The position numbers and the translations under genes are program-made. From positions 7,502,001 to 7,566,000 of the forward strand of contig OZ024758.1 of assembly GCA_964016885.1 (NCBI GenBank): a DNA stretch of 64,000 nucleotides. The letters are read 5' to 3'. This stretch comes from Eledone cirrhosa. Its lineage: Eukaryota. The notes beneath the pieces are model-generated. The model was not told the DNA's origin and did not search any database. It saw nothing but the letters and a program-made list of their open reading frames with translations. Shown here piece by piece: positions 15,006 to 28,507 of the stretch. The number at the start of each line of letters is the position of its first letter. Positions within the stretch are counted from its first letter, which is position 1.

Positions 15006-15043
15006 CCTTTACCGGTTTCGCAGTTCTTCTGCTTTTCAAAAGG
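15006..15043 (-). ncRNA. Mirror copy of the U3-A8 hammerhead on the minus strand
   Basis: Exact reverse complement of 15114-15151 within the 148-bp-arm palindrome. Confidence 0.7.
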
Positions 15044-15113
15044 TGAGTTGAGATGGAGGGTCTGTGGTTTTTCTCACATCTGAGAAAAACCACAGACCCT
15101 CCATCTCAACTCA

Positions 15114-15151
15114 CCTTTTGAAAAGCAGAAGAACTGCGAAACCGGTAAAGG
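15114..15151 (+). ncRNA. Minimal hammerhead ribozyme, U3-A8 core variant
   Basis: cctt-TTGAAAA-gcag aagaa ctgc-GAAAC CG GTA-aagg: stem I cctt/aagg, stem II gcag/ctgc, palindromic stem III ACCGGT, GUA site; AATAAA downstream. Confidence 0.7.
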
Positions 15152-15244
15152 AACCAAATAAATATATATATTTTTTTTTAAAAATAAGACTTCAGTTGCA
15201 TTTTCGATTTCATCTCTTTTTCTTTATATATATATATATATATA

Positions 15245-15436
15245 TAGTTATGTAATAAACAACATAAGATAATTATTCGATTTAAGTTATCGATTTCAGA
15301 CGTCTGTGTCAATCTCGTCTGTTTTCATGAAACCTTTGGTAAATGGAATAATTGTCTTATGTTGTTTATTACATAACTAAATAGCTCTGTAGCTTACATA
15401 GAGCACTCTCCTTTCTTTTACCTTTCCTACGGACAC

Positions 15437-15440
<4 letters not shown>
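15245..15440. mobile_element. Second family B fold-back cassette
   Basis: About 40-bp arms (tagttatgtaataaacaacataag...) around a different spacer; GAAACC ttt GGTA motif; TA-flanked. Confidence 0.55.
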
Positions 15441-15489
<49 letters not shown>

Positions 15490-15522
15490 CATATATATAT
15501 ATATATTTGTTTTGCGAGGTTT

Positions 15523-15565
<43 letters not shown>

Positions 15566-15721
15566 CATACATATGTATGTATGTATGCATATATGTATGT
15601 ATGTATGTGTATGTACGTATATGTATGTAAGCATGTATGTATTCATATATGTAAGTGTGTGTGTATGCATGTATGTATGTACATGTATATGTATGTGCGT
15701 ATCTCTGAATGTGTGTCTGTA

Positions 15722-15781
<60 letters not shown>

Positions 15782-16039
15782 CAAAAGTTACTCTTTGTGG
15801 AAGAATTAGGAAGACTAAACTCAATACATGTTGTAGAGTAAATGTTTTATTTAAACTAAATTTTCTTTATCGCCATTCAGGTTTCATGTCAGTGCATAAA
15901 ATCTTACTGGCAATAAACTCGAGTAGCGGGAAATAAAATTCAGTTAAAATATAATATGGCGTCTGTTTAACGTGCAGCCGTCTACCTGTTCCTTTATAGC
16001 TCAGGGTGCGGTCTACTTGCATGTTTATAGTTCAGCGTG

Positions 16040-16170
16040 CAGTCTTCCTCAACTATCATAACTTTATACTTGAGAAAACGTAGTTTAACGAACCTCTTAA
16101 ATTACGTCTGGCAATTAAAAGAGAAGTCTGATTATAACAATATTAACTGGAAGAGCGTAGAAGGATGGAG
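16040..16170 (+). pseudogene. Penelope-like element GIY-YIG endonuclease fragment
   Basis: ...SLTNLLNYVWQLKEKSDYNNINWKSV resembles the PLE endonuclease segment T.LS.Y(I/V)W.LK.....(Y)I.W.I. Confidence 0.5.
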
Positions 16171-16209
16171 ATCGTGCTTGAACGGGAACGGTGGGAAGAT
16201 ATTCGGGAT

Positions 16210-16400
16210 CTATACTGAAAAGCTCTCTAGAACCAGATGTTCATGTGGTATTGTAATGAAAAACATGAAGATTTTAGCTATGTTGGTTTTTATAAACATA
16301 CTATATGGTGGCTTGAACCATGTTATATTGCTGTTTCTGTGTGAGTGGTCAATGTCTTGTGAGAAAGCCATAGGAATTTTGCATAAATTCATAATTTCAA
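16210..16400 (-). pseudogene. Penelope-like element RT thumb/linker fragment, inverted relative to the adjacent endonuclease fragment
   Basis: RNSNITWFKPPYSMFIKTNIAKIF resembles the PLE motif R.R.I.WFNPPYS..VKTNIGK.FL. Confidence 0.6.
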
Positions 16401-16595
16401 ACGCAATTTTTATACAATAAATGTTTATTCTCGATAAATGTGTTTCACTCATGAAAAAAGAAAGATAAAAACAAAATTAAGTAATGAGAAAAAGGAGGAA
16501 GAGTAAAGAAGAGCAGGTCTGACTGTATGGGAAAGTAGAGGAAAGGACTATAAATGCCATGAGAGGAAAAGGAGGGGCAAAGCAAAAACTCATGG

Positions 16596-16633
<38 letters not shown>

Positions 16634-16636
16634 TAC

Positions 16637-16710
<74 letters not shown>

Positions 16711-16870
16711 TAAAAAAAACGAAAAATCAGTGGTGCATCTGGACTCAGTTTATTGCGTGTTACAATTGTTTCGCCGGCAGGTAGCTGGAGACATGATCAC
16801 TGTATGGATCTGGCTGATTCTACGGCTGATTCTACGCCTATGGAAGCACCATAGCTACCATTATACACAC

Positions 16871-16932
<62 letters not shown>

Positions 16933-17006
16933 AAAAGCCATACAATGCATTAGAAAATTAAAGGTGCCAAGATAACGATAGAAACTTACCTTGGCAAATT
17001 TAATTA

Positions 17007-17046
17007 TCCCAAATATTTTGGGGTTTAACAACTCATTATCAAGGGA
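17007..17046 (-). ncRNA. Degenerate copy of the second U3-A8 hammerhead family
   Basis: Minus strand tccc-TTGATAA-tgagttgttaaacccc-AAAATATT T-ggga. G12 is lost, so probably inactive. Insert 16930-17310 abuts (TA)n. Confidence 0.4.
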
Positions 17047-18049
17047 GTATCCCTGTAAAGGTTTGAAAGGATCGGTCGGAGATAAGTTGTTGTTGTTACT
17101 TGTAATTCTGAAAAATGGTATATACTCTCGCAACTAGCTTCAGATAAACACTGCCTCAACACGCGGCTTGATTGCTTTGGCAGCTGTCTTCATGAGAAGT
17201 ATATTTTGACTAAATGGCTTAGACCTGGTTAACAGGTCTAGAAGTATACTTTTATTTACCAACTATTTTGTAAATCAAGGAAATTGAATTCTTTGAGTCA
17301 GCTAGAAAAAATTCTTCTTCTATCTTTATTCAATTTATTTTTCAACATAGTCTCTGGAAAGAAACAATGCAGTTATTAATAAAAAGAGTTGAAATTAATG
17401 CATGCAAGATTTCACAGCTCTAGCATCACCCCTTCATAGTCAGCACATGCACCTTTCAGCCCACCCTTATATTACGTCAGATACAGCCGTACAATAACGA
17501 TAAAGCCAAAATAAAGCTAACAGTATATGTGTGGTGTGTTTTAGTGGTAATTCATTTATTTACTTCATACACAAAATCACAGGTAAATTCAATATTATAA
17601 TTTCTTCATGTGTCTCCCTTTTCCAGTGGGTCACCGTCTTTCCGACTTTACGGAGTAAATCATCAGTACGGGGACCAAGGACGCCAGGGGTCTTGACAGA
17701 AACCAGTGCAAAAAAACATGTTTCTCCCAGAATGCGAAACCTTAACTTTCGATTGCCACATGAATTATACGAGCATGAATCAGCATCTTTTAAATATTGT
17801 TCGTCTTTTCTTAAATCGAATATTCACAAAAATTGTATTTTTGATGAAGATTCATCCAATCGTTATCTTGGTTTTCTAACTCATTAAATACACATCAATC
17901 ACTCGCTTCTCTAACTGTCAAAATTAACGAGGATATAAACTTAAGTTCAAATAGCAGTCGGATAGTGTGATTTTGACTTCTACAGTTGAAAGTAACCTAA
18001 TTTCGGTGATTTTGGCTCCAGCAGTCACTCTTGCCTATCTGTCGTCCAA

Positions 18050-18650
18050 AGATATCTGTCCTGATCCCTTGATCTTGAGCTGACCTAATTGAACTGTCTT
18101 TTCCTCCATGTTTGTCTTGATCTCCTCATCTTGAGATATAATTATACTTTCTCTTTCTTTCTCCATGTCTGTCCTGATCTCCTGATCTTGAGCTGAGCTA
18201 ATTGAACTTTCTCTTCCTCCATGTTTGTCCTGATCTCCTCAATTTGAGTTATAATTATACTTCCTATTTCTTTTTCCGTGTCTGTCTTGATCCCCTGATC
18301 TTGAGCTGCTCTAATTGTACTTTCATCATCATCATCAGAGTCGTCATTTTACGTGTTTTTCCAAGTTTGCGTGGATTGAACTTTTTGTTTCTTTCTTTGG
18401 GTCTGTCCTGATCTCTCTAGCTTCCTGTTTCTTTCTCCATGTTTACCTTGATCTCTCTATCTTGAGCTGCTCTAATAGTACTTCCTGTTCCTTTCTCCAT
18501 GTTTACCTTGATCTCTCTATCTTGAGCTGCTCTAATAGTACTTCCTGTTTTTTTCTCCATGTTTACCTTGATCTCTCTATCTTGAGCTGCTCTAATAGTA
18601 CTTCCTGTTCCTTTCTCCATGTTTACCTTGATCTCTCTATCTTGAGTTGA
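18050..18650 (+). repeat. About 55-60-bp pyrimidine-rich minisatellite
   Basis: About four near-perfect 60-bp units at 18420-18645, preceded by diverged units. Confidence 0.85.
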
Positions 18651-18956
18651 TTTAATCGACTCCAGTACTAATAAAGTACCAGTCACGTACTGGGTTGATT
18701 TAATCGACTCCAGTACTAATAAAGTACCAGTCACGTACTGGAGTTGATTTAATCGACTCCAGTACTAATAAAGTACTAGTCACGTACTGGAGTTGATTTA
18801 ATCGACTCCAGTACTAATAAAGTACCAGTCACGTACTGGAGTTGATTTAATCGACTCCAGTACTAATAAAGTACTAGTCACGTACTGAAGTCGATTTAAT
18901 CGACTTTACCCTCTCCTTCGAATTACTGGCCTTGTGCCTAAAGAGAAACAATTATT
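18644..18956 (+). repeat. 49-bp minisatellite, 5 copies, derived from the SINE body and ending in the SINE tail
   Basis: Unit gagttgatttaatcgactccagtactaataaagtaccagtcacgtactg, then ctggccttgtgcctaaagagaaacaatt. Confidence 0.85.
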
Positions 18957-19721
18957 TCTATTATTGCAACGAGGAAATAGAAAAGCTGTAAGAATTGAAT
19001 ATTCAAAAAGGTTTATTTGAAAAAGAAAGTATCAGGAAAAGAGGATAAAAACACAAAAATGGATAAACATTGATTACTTCAATATAACTCGGACAGACGA
19101 ATTCAGTGCAATATTACCAATATACTTTGTAGAAACAATCATAGGAATATTAGGTCGAGAATGTTAGCAAATATTCTTTCAAATGTAAAGAACATTAAAC
19201 AACTCTCAAAAGCAAAACTACTAAAGCAAGAAACCCATACCACAACAAATAAAAAAATATAATGCACTACAACAATTGATAAAATATTTATAAAATATAC
19301 ACAATTGCAAATAAACCAAAGTAAATCTTGCAGACACAACTACTTTCACATCCTCACCAAACAAAATCATACAAATTAAAGGAAAATATTCTGAAATAAA
19401 CAATAACAGCTCAAGAAAATAATATTGAAATTCAAATAAAGCAAAACAAATTCTGCACAACTCCAACAAAGTAATACAATCTATGTAAATTATATATACT
19501 ATAAAACAATGATATATACAGTAAAGACAGAATAAGAAAATATTAAAGAAACTAATAGATAGTTTACTGGAGAATATAAATAATATATGTATATGTACGT
19601 ATGTATGTATATATATATATATTTGTATATATATATGTGTGTGTGTATATATATATGTGTGTGTATATATATATATATGTGTGTGTGTATATATATATAT
19701 ATACATATATATATGCGCGCG

Positions 19722-19814
<93 letters not shown>

Positions 19815-20329
19815 ACACACAACACACACTCACACACAAACACGTATATATATATATATATTCACACACATATATGCCAGAAACAGGTTAACCTAGATGG
19901 AAAATATTTATCAATATTAACAAGAATACAAAATAAATATAAGAGAAATAATCAAGTTAAAATAAATAAGAAAGATATAAGAATTAATACCAGGAGAAAG
20001 AATATAGAAAATAACTAATTTTTTAAGTGCTCAACAAATCAAACTATTAGAAAATAGACAAAAATAATTTATAGAAACTCAAATATTTATTGAAAATACG
20101 AAATAGTTCTGCGGGGAACTAAATCTGAAAATTGGAGAATTTAAATAAACGGAGAGGCCCAATGAATCATGGAACAAGATAAAAAATAAACTGGAACTTA
20201 TACAGAACTTATATAGATACTAATAACAGCTGAAAGCTTCTAAACATCACTGAAGAACCCCCGATGAATAATAAAGTTCAAAACTTTTGATTAAGAAAAA
20301 TACTGAACATTCTATGTAACTGCTTCATG

Positions 20330-20590
20330 TTAGCTGTAGTTTCTACTGTAGATGTTGTTGGTGTGTGTTGGCTGTAGTTTGTACTGTAGGTGGTGTTGGT
20401 GTGTGTTGGCTGTAGTTTCTACTGTAGGCGTTGTTGTTGGTGCTATTGGCTGTAGATTCTACTGTAGGTAGTGTTGTTGGTGTGTGTTGGCTGTAGTTTC
20501 TACTGTAGGCGTTGTTGTTGGTGCTATTGGCTGTAGATTCTACTGTAGGTAGTGTTGTTGGTGTGTGTTGGCTGTAGTTTCTACGGTACT
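20330..20590 (+). repeat. About 78-bp tandem repeat
   Basis: ggctgtagtttctactgtaggcgttgttgttggtgctattgg... repeated. Confidence 0.8.
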
Positions 20591-21410
20591 GCCAATCCAA
20601 GACCCTGATTTCTTTATTATAATAACTGCAGCAAAATTTCTCTCGGGGATTGAGACTGGAGAAAACTGAAATTAACAACAGACTAGCTGAAATATATGAC
20701 AATATCAGAAGCGTAATATTTCATCTCGCGTCCGATTCCGCACCGACCGCTCTTAATAATTATAATAATAGTCCCTCAAAACAGGACCTTTATATATATA
20801 TGGTGGCTGCCAACTCGTTTTCGAGTACGGCCACTACTTTATATCCATGTAGGAGAACCCCTACCGATGCGCTGAACGAATGTGACTTTTTAGTCCAGCC
20901 AGCGACTTGAAAACTCTGGTGCAAAGACTACACTTGTGACCATTATTGACACATAGTGCAGGGCCCATGGTACCATGTGATGACAAGTGCAGAGAGATCT
21001 CCAGATATAAAGCAATGCCTGTGCTGTGAAGCTTTTATAGTGAGCAAAGGCACTGCACAAAGCCAGTCCCACTCTCTTAACCAAGATGATATTTACCAAA
21101 AAGAAGAACAAGTCAACATCACTGGATACCATCAGGGTTGCAGGTGTTATATCAGAGTTTTCCTTCTCCTAGAATTCTGCCTTGACAAAGGCTAAGGGGT
21201 CATCTCTCCCGGTGATTTTGGATGGCTATTGACTCTTAAGAGCTCCCTTGCCCTTTGACAGGTTTTGTTTTTAGTCCTGCAGGATGTCCAAAGTCACCCT
21301 CCTCACCAAGAAACCTTGGTGGGGTTGCCAGTTTAGTCGCCAACGACCCGACCATGAGACAGGTTGTACTGGGATACATGTTACCAGTAGCACCAACTGG
21401 TGACCTGACA

Positions 21411-21475
<65 letters not shown>

Positions 21476-21676
21476 TCAGGTTAGATCAATACAGCCTGGA
21501 ACCGTGAGCTGATCAATAGCGAAACGCGCGTCACCAATCAATAAACGTAATGAAGGCTTAACAAATCGTCCTCGTATTATTATATTTACACCCTGTTTAG
21601 CTCTTGCTACAGATGTAAATCTCAACATCGAGTATTCACCTGGGTGAATCTACAGTAACTTCACGTTACACTTCCT

Positions 21677-21880
<204 letters not shown>

Positions 21881-21980
21881 TATATATGTATAAATGTGTA
21901 TATATATATATATATATATACTTTATATATGTATATATACTGTATATATGTGTATATATATAGACACACACAAACACACA

Positions 21981-22126
<146 letters not shown>

Positions 22127-22446
22127 TATATGGGAGCGTTTGTTCCAATTGATATGTCATTCGGTCAACAATCTAGATTTGTTAGAAAGACGAAATAAAA
22201 ATGGTCGGCTGTTAGAATCAATAGTAACAGTATTCGCCACTCTGACTGCTTGCAGAGTTTATTTTTGAAACAAAATCAAAATTCACTTCCGAGACAATTC
22301 TGAAATAGTATTTTCTATAATAGCATCATTGTATCCCCATCTCCAGCTGTAAGCCAACTTGCTTTGTCATCAAAGCAGATTCATCATTCTCAAATTACAA
22401 ACCAAACAACATTGGCTATAAAATATGCTACACGACTACATTACGC

Positions 22447-22562
<116 letters not shown>

Positions 22563-22957
22563 TCTCCCTCACTACAGCTGCTTTTTATCTTCCCTGGAGA
22601 CATGGCTGTATCTAATCACTACCAATAACAGAGGCAACACTACCACTCCATTACCTTATATAATGTTTGCAATGACATCGATACATTAGACATGGACACA
22701 AATCAAACCTTCTTTTCCCTTTTCTAATCTGTCTAAATTATAATTGTTTGCAAATGGTTACAGTTTTCAACCCTATATCATACAGGTAATGAGTTTATTT
22801 TCCGAGGAAAATATCACTCGAATAAAACACATAAAAACATATAAACACATAAATAAAGACTTAACAAAATAATGTTATAAATTTAATATAAAATTATGAC
22901 CAGTGGATTTACAACGAAGTGGACCTGTGTGGTGCAAAGCCACATCCTACACGACGT

Positions 22958-24361
22958 GTCTCTGATATGGCTGTCATAGGATAGTCTGACAGAACAGGTC
23001 AGATCTAGAGTCTCTGATATAGCTGTCATAGGATAGTCTGACAGAACAGGTCAGATCTATAGTCTCTGATATAGCTGTCATAGGATAATCTGACAGAACA
23101 GGTCAGATCTAGAGTCTCTGATGTAGCTGTCATAGGATAATCTGACAGAACAGGTCAGATCTAAAGTCTCTGATATGGCTATCATAAGATAGTCTGACAG
23201 AACAGGTCAGATCTAGAGTCTCTGATATAGCTGTCATAGGATAATCTGACAGAACAGGTCAGATCTAAAGTCTCTGATATGGCTATCATAAGATAGTCTG
23301 ACAGAACAGGTCAGATCTAGAGTCTCTGATATAGCTGTCATAGGATAATCTGACAGAACAGGTCAGATCTAAAGTCTCTGATATGGCTATCATAAGATAG
23401 TCTGACAGAACAGGTCAGATCTAGAGTCTCTGATATAGCTGTCATAGGATAATCTGACAGAACAGGTCAGATCTAGAGTCTCTGATATGGCTGTCATAGG
23501 ATAATCTGACAGAACAGGCCAGATCTAGAGTCTCTGATGTAGCTGTCATAGGATAGTCTGACAGAACAGGTCAGATCTAGAGTCTCTGATATAGCTGTCA
23601 TAGGATAGTCTGACAGAACAGGTCAGATCTAGAGTCTCTGATATAGCTGTCATAGGATAATCTGACAGAACAGGTCAGATCTAGAGTCTCTGATATAGCT
23701 GTCATAGGATAGTCTGACAGAACAGGTCAGATCTAGAGTCTCTGATATGGCTATCATAAGATAGTCTGACAGAACAGGTCAGATCTAGAGTCTCTGATAT
23801 AGCTGTCATAGGATAGTCTGACAGAACAGGTCAGATCTAGAGTCTCTGATATAGCTGTCATAGGATAATCTGACAGAACAGGTCAGATCTAGAGTCTCTG
23901 ATATGGCTATCATAAGATAGTCTAGCAGAACAGGTCAGATCTAGAGTCTCTGATATGGCTGTCATAGGATAGTCTAACAGAACAGGCCAGATCTAGAGTC
24001 TCTGATATGGCTATCATAAGATAGTCTGACAGAACAGGTCAGATCTAGAGTCTCTGATATGGCTATCATAGGATAATCTGACAGAACAGGTCAGATCTAG
24101 AGTCTCTGATATAGCTGTCATAGGATAATCTGACAGAACAGGTCAGATCTAGAGTCTCTGATATGGCTGTCATAGGATAATCTAACAGAACAAGTTAGAT
24201 CTAGAGTCTCTGATATGGCTATCATAAGATAGTCTGACAGAACAGGTCAGATCTAGAGTCTCTGATATGGCTGTCATAGGATAGTCTAACAGAACAGGCC
24301 AGATCTAGAGTCTCTGATATAGCTGTCATAGGATAGTCTGACAGAACAAGTCGGATCTAGA
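22958..24361 (+). repeat. 52-bp minisatellite, 27 copies
   Basis: Unit gtctctgatatagctgtcataggatagtctgacagaacaggtcagatctaga; exact 52-bp period, no spacers. Confidence 0.95.
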
Positions 24362-25089
24362 GGAGTAAGCCTCAATAAAGATCCTGCTTGTCTCATAATA
24401 AGCAGTAGCTCATGCGAAGATCATCAGTTTAATTAGATGACCTCGGTGTCGTGAACACCAGTAGACTCACAGAGGATTGACTATGAATTCGACAATGGGT
24501 TGGCACAACTGCTCCAGTTAGTGGAGTAATCTGTGATTATTCAGATGTGCTGAGCCACATATATTCTAGTTATTTGATAAAACAAAATGATTGCTTCACC
24601 ATCGATGAAGGAACGACTCAAGAAGATAGTGAAGAGGGTATGAGAACTAAACAGCTTACAGTATTACGTTCTGTCTCTGTCTAACAGAAAAATCTGATAC
24701 TGCTGGGATAGACTTAGTCTTTCATCTTTCCAGAGTCAACGAAATAAGTAACAGCCATGGACTGAAATCTATTCAAAGTTGTTCTTTGTATGAAAATTGA
24801 AACATTTCTTGTAAGAGTCGAAGAAATTAGAACTTTTCGTGAATTTCCTAATATAAAATGAAAGGAAAAGATATGGTTTCAAGCAGGAATTGAAACTGGG
24901 CCACAGTCTGAAATCTGTAGTTTAGCTTCTAGATTTAGATCTTGCCAATGATAAATATATTGATTTCTGACTTTGCCAGAAATATCCTGATACATAGTAA
25001 AGGATGTGTGGTTGACTGACTAGATGTACAAAGTGATATTTTTTTTGTTTATTATTTTTCGGACTATTAACTCATCTTTAGAATGTTTA

Positions 25090-25132
<43 letters not shown>

Positions 25133-26349
25133 TATATATACACACACACACATACACACACACACACACACACACATACACACACACATATATATATATA
25201 TATACACATATACACATTTATTCATCATCATCATTGTTTAACGTCTATCTTCCACGCTAGCATGGGTTTATATATATATATATATATACACATTTATTTA
25301 TTTATTTACATGCACATATATATATATATATATATATGTATATGTATATGGTATATGACTGTGTGTGTGGGGGGGGGGTGTATGTGTGTATGTGTATGTG
25401 TGTAATACATCTGATCGCCATAAAATATTTTCCTAGAGATATCTATTTCAAGGTTTGCTGTTGTTTAGTCCTGTATTAGCCCTCTACAACTAGAATTAAG
25501 ATCAAAGGCAGCCCAGTTATAACCATTCTATATCTTAAGCAGCCGTCTATCTCGACAGTTTTGTGTCACTGGTAACCCTGGGATCTTTGTTATCACCAAC
25601 GTTGAAGGACCAACCACCTTCACTCCTGAAGTGGCCTCTCATGAGCGCAAGCCTGAGTTTTGTGTATGGAGATTATTGTTGATACAGATGCTAGAATCCC
25701 ATCCTTTAGGCCTTCCTGGTGCACTCCAAAGAAACCCAGAACAATACATTTAACACCAGTTCGGCTGTAGAGATTAACAGAAGGGTGTTGGGTTGAACAT
25801 CGTCTTAAGGATTTCACTCTAGATTTATTATAAGGTTTTCTCCCAAGCTTTTGTCTTTTCCCCATAGCCGGAGATCCTTACCCATAGTCGGAGATCCTTA
25901 ATCCCGAAGAGGATCACTATCTTTAAACACATCGATTGTCGACCGACAAGATCTCAGACCTCATTCGCTTAACAAGTGGGGTTGAGCTCGTCAAATTGGA
26001 CTGAGGAAACAATGTTTCCATTGGTCGTTCCAATTGCTAATACTATCTGTCGGTCAGAAGGAGCAATGTGTCTTGCTCAAGGACATAACGCATCACCCAG
26101 TCCAGGAAGCGAACTCACAAACTCAGCCATGCGCCTTCACATGGGGCTACATTATCTTTATCCAATATATGCTTCCTGGTTTAAAATGGTACGGTGTGAT
26201 TGGAAGAGTTTGCAGAGATGTGTAGTAGATTTCACTGGTTAGCACTGGATGGTCATTTGTGGCGTCTGTTCCACATGCTACTCCACGAACTGATGACACG
26301 CAATAAATGCTTATTCGAAGAATGACCTGTGTAGTGAAGAGCCGCATAA

Positions 26350-26680
26350 TACACGAGGTGCCTCTGATATGGCTATCATAGGATAGTCTAGCAGAACAGG
26401 TTGGATCTAGAGGAGGAACCCTCAATAAACATCCTGCTTGTCTCATAGCAAGCAGTAGCTCATGCAATGATCACAGTTTAATTAGATGATTTCAGCATCG
26501 TGAACACTAATGGCTTCACAGATGATCGACTATTAATTCAAAAATGGGTTGGCACAAATACTCCAGTTAACAGAGAAATCTGTGAGTATGCAGGTGTGGT
26601 GAGCTGCATGTATTTTAACCATTAGAAAAAGCAAAATGTATGCTTCAGCTTCGAAAGAGGGGCAACTCAAGAAGAATAAG
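26350..26680 (+). repeat. Unclassified dispersed repeat, unexpanded relative of the minisatellite locus
   Basis: Aligns with 22948-23009 plus 24362-24640 but has only one 52-bp unit. Confidence 0.8.
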
Positions 26681-27873
26681 AAGTAATTGGAAGGAATTTC
26701 CCTTGTTTTTCTAGAAGAATATGTGGCCCTGTAGATGCTTCCTCGTTTGTTCAAATATCAAAGAACTCGTAAATAAGATTAATTAGTTTCAATTAGTAAT
26801 TTAAACCAATTCGTAGAATTTGGCTCATTAAGAATCTGTCTCTTCATGTACACCATTTCTTAATGAAAACCAATATTTATGTTTAATATTGGTACCAGGA
26901 ATGGGATTGATTAAATAAACCTCTGTATTTGACTGATTCTTTATTTTATTGTCAGAAGAATTTGACTGCAAACCTAAAATGGCTGTAATTAAATAAATGT
27001 TAGGTATTATTCGATCGTCAGTTCTAATAATTCTGAGAATCAGCCGCACTTCATTCAAAAATAATATTAATAAATAATATCGGTGAAAATGAAATTAAAA
27101 CAGTTAACTTTACCTATTTAATATTTAAATACTTCCAGCTGGTTTATTTGATGTTTAAACCTTCCTTCTGCTGCTTCCATCAATTCTACATGACCATTTT
27201 AAATGTGTTGCTACATCTGTACTTGCTAGAATTACAAGAGAGATGTTTATTGCATTCAGTACAGATTAGAACTGAAAGATTTAAGGGACAGGAGGAATTG
27301 GGCAATTAAAGTAGTTAGATAAATGAATAACAGTCAGAAGAGGTAGGAGTGGGGGGGGGGGCTTGTGATGGCAGTGGTGGGGGTCATGCTGGTGGGGCAT
27401 GGGTGGATGTGTTGTGGTTGGAGGATGGGAAGGGGGTTGCTTGTGATGGTGGTGGTGGTGGTGGTGGTGGTGATAGTGGTGGAGGTGGTGTTGGAGGTGG
27501 TGTTGGAGGTGGTAGTGGTGGTGGTGGTGATAGTGGTGGAGGTAGTGTTGGTGGTGGAGGTGGTAGTGGTGGAGGTGGTGGTGGAGGTGACATGGAAAAT
27601 TAGAGACAGTTACGAGAAAGACCGGAGAAAGCGCGGGAGGAGAAGACTGTGATGGGAAAGGGTGGGTGGGTGGAGGAGTATGAAGAACAGGAATGGGTGT
27701 ATATAGAAGGGTGTATATAGAAGGGTGTATATAGAAGGGTATAAAGAAAGATAAAAGCAGCAAATGTTAGGAAAGGAAAGGACGGTAATGTGGTGTAATG
27801 GAGCGGGGGAGTGTAGGGTGAGGTAGGGTGTGTTAAGGAATGCATGTTTGTCAAACTGGTTGTGTGAATGAAG

Positions 27874-27957
<84 letters not shown>

Positions 27958-27964
27958 GATGTAT

Positions 27965-27997
<33 letters not shown>

Positions 27998-28005
27998 GAT
28001 GTATA

Positions 28006-28106
<101 letters not shown>

Positions 28107-28146
28107 CATATATACATATATACCTATACATATAAACATATATATG

Positions 28147-28178
<32 letters not shown>

Positions 28179-28212
28179 AATATATATATACAATATATAC
28201 ATATACATATAA

Positions 28213-28275
<63 letters not shown>

Positions 28276-28417
28276 CATATATATACATATAAACATATAT
28301 ATATATACATACATATATATACATATAAACATATATATATACATATAAACATATATATATATACATACATATATATACATATAAACATATATATATATAT
28401 ACATATATATACATATA

Positions 28418-28454
<37 letters not shown>

Positions 28455-28461
28455 GAGAGAG

Positions 28462-28507
<46 letters not shown>

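Larger units (their letters stand above)
14866..15228. mobile_element. (TA)n-embedded fold-back cassette, family C, with two U3-A8 hammerheads
   Basis: 148-bp arms 14929-15076/15081-15228, 4-nt loop, 2 mismatches. Single-arm copy at 10920-11052. Confidence 0.7.

Noticed and set aside
22958-24361. CRISPR-like array
   Set aside because: Contiguous 52-bp units with no unique spacers, no cas genes, eukaryotic context.
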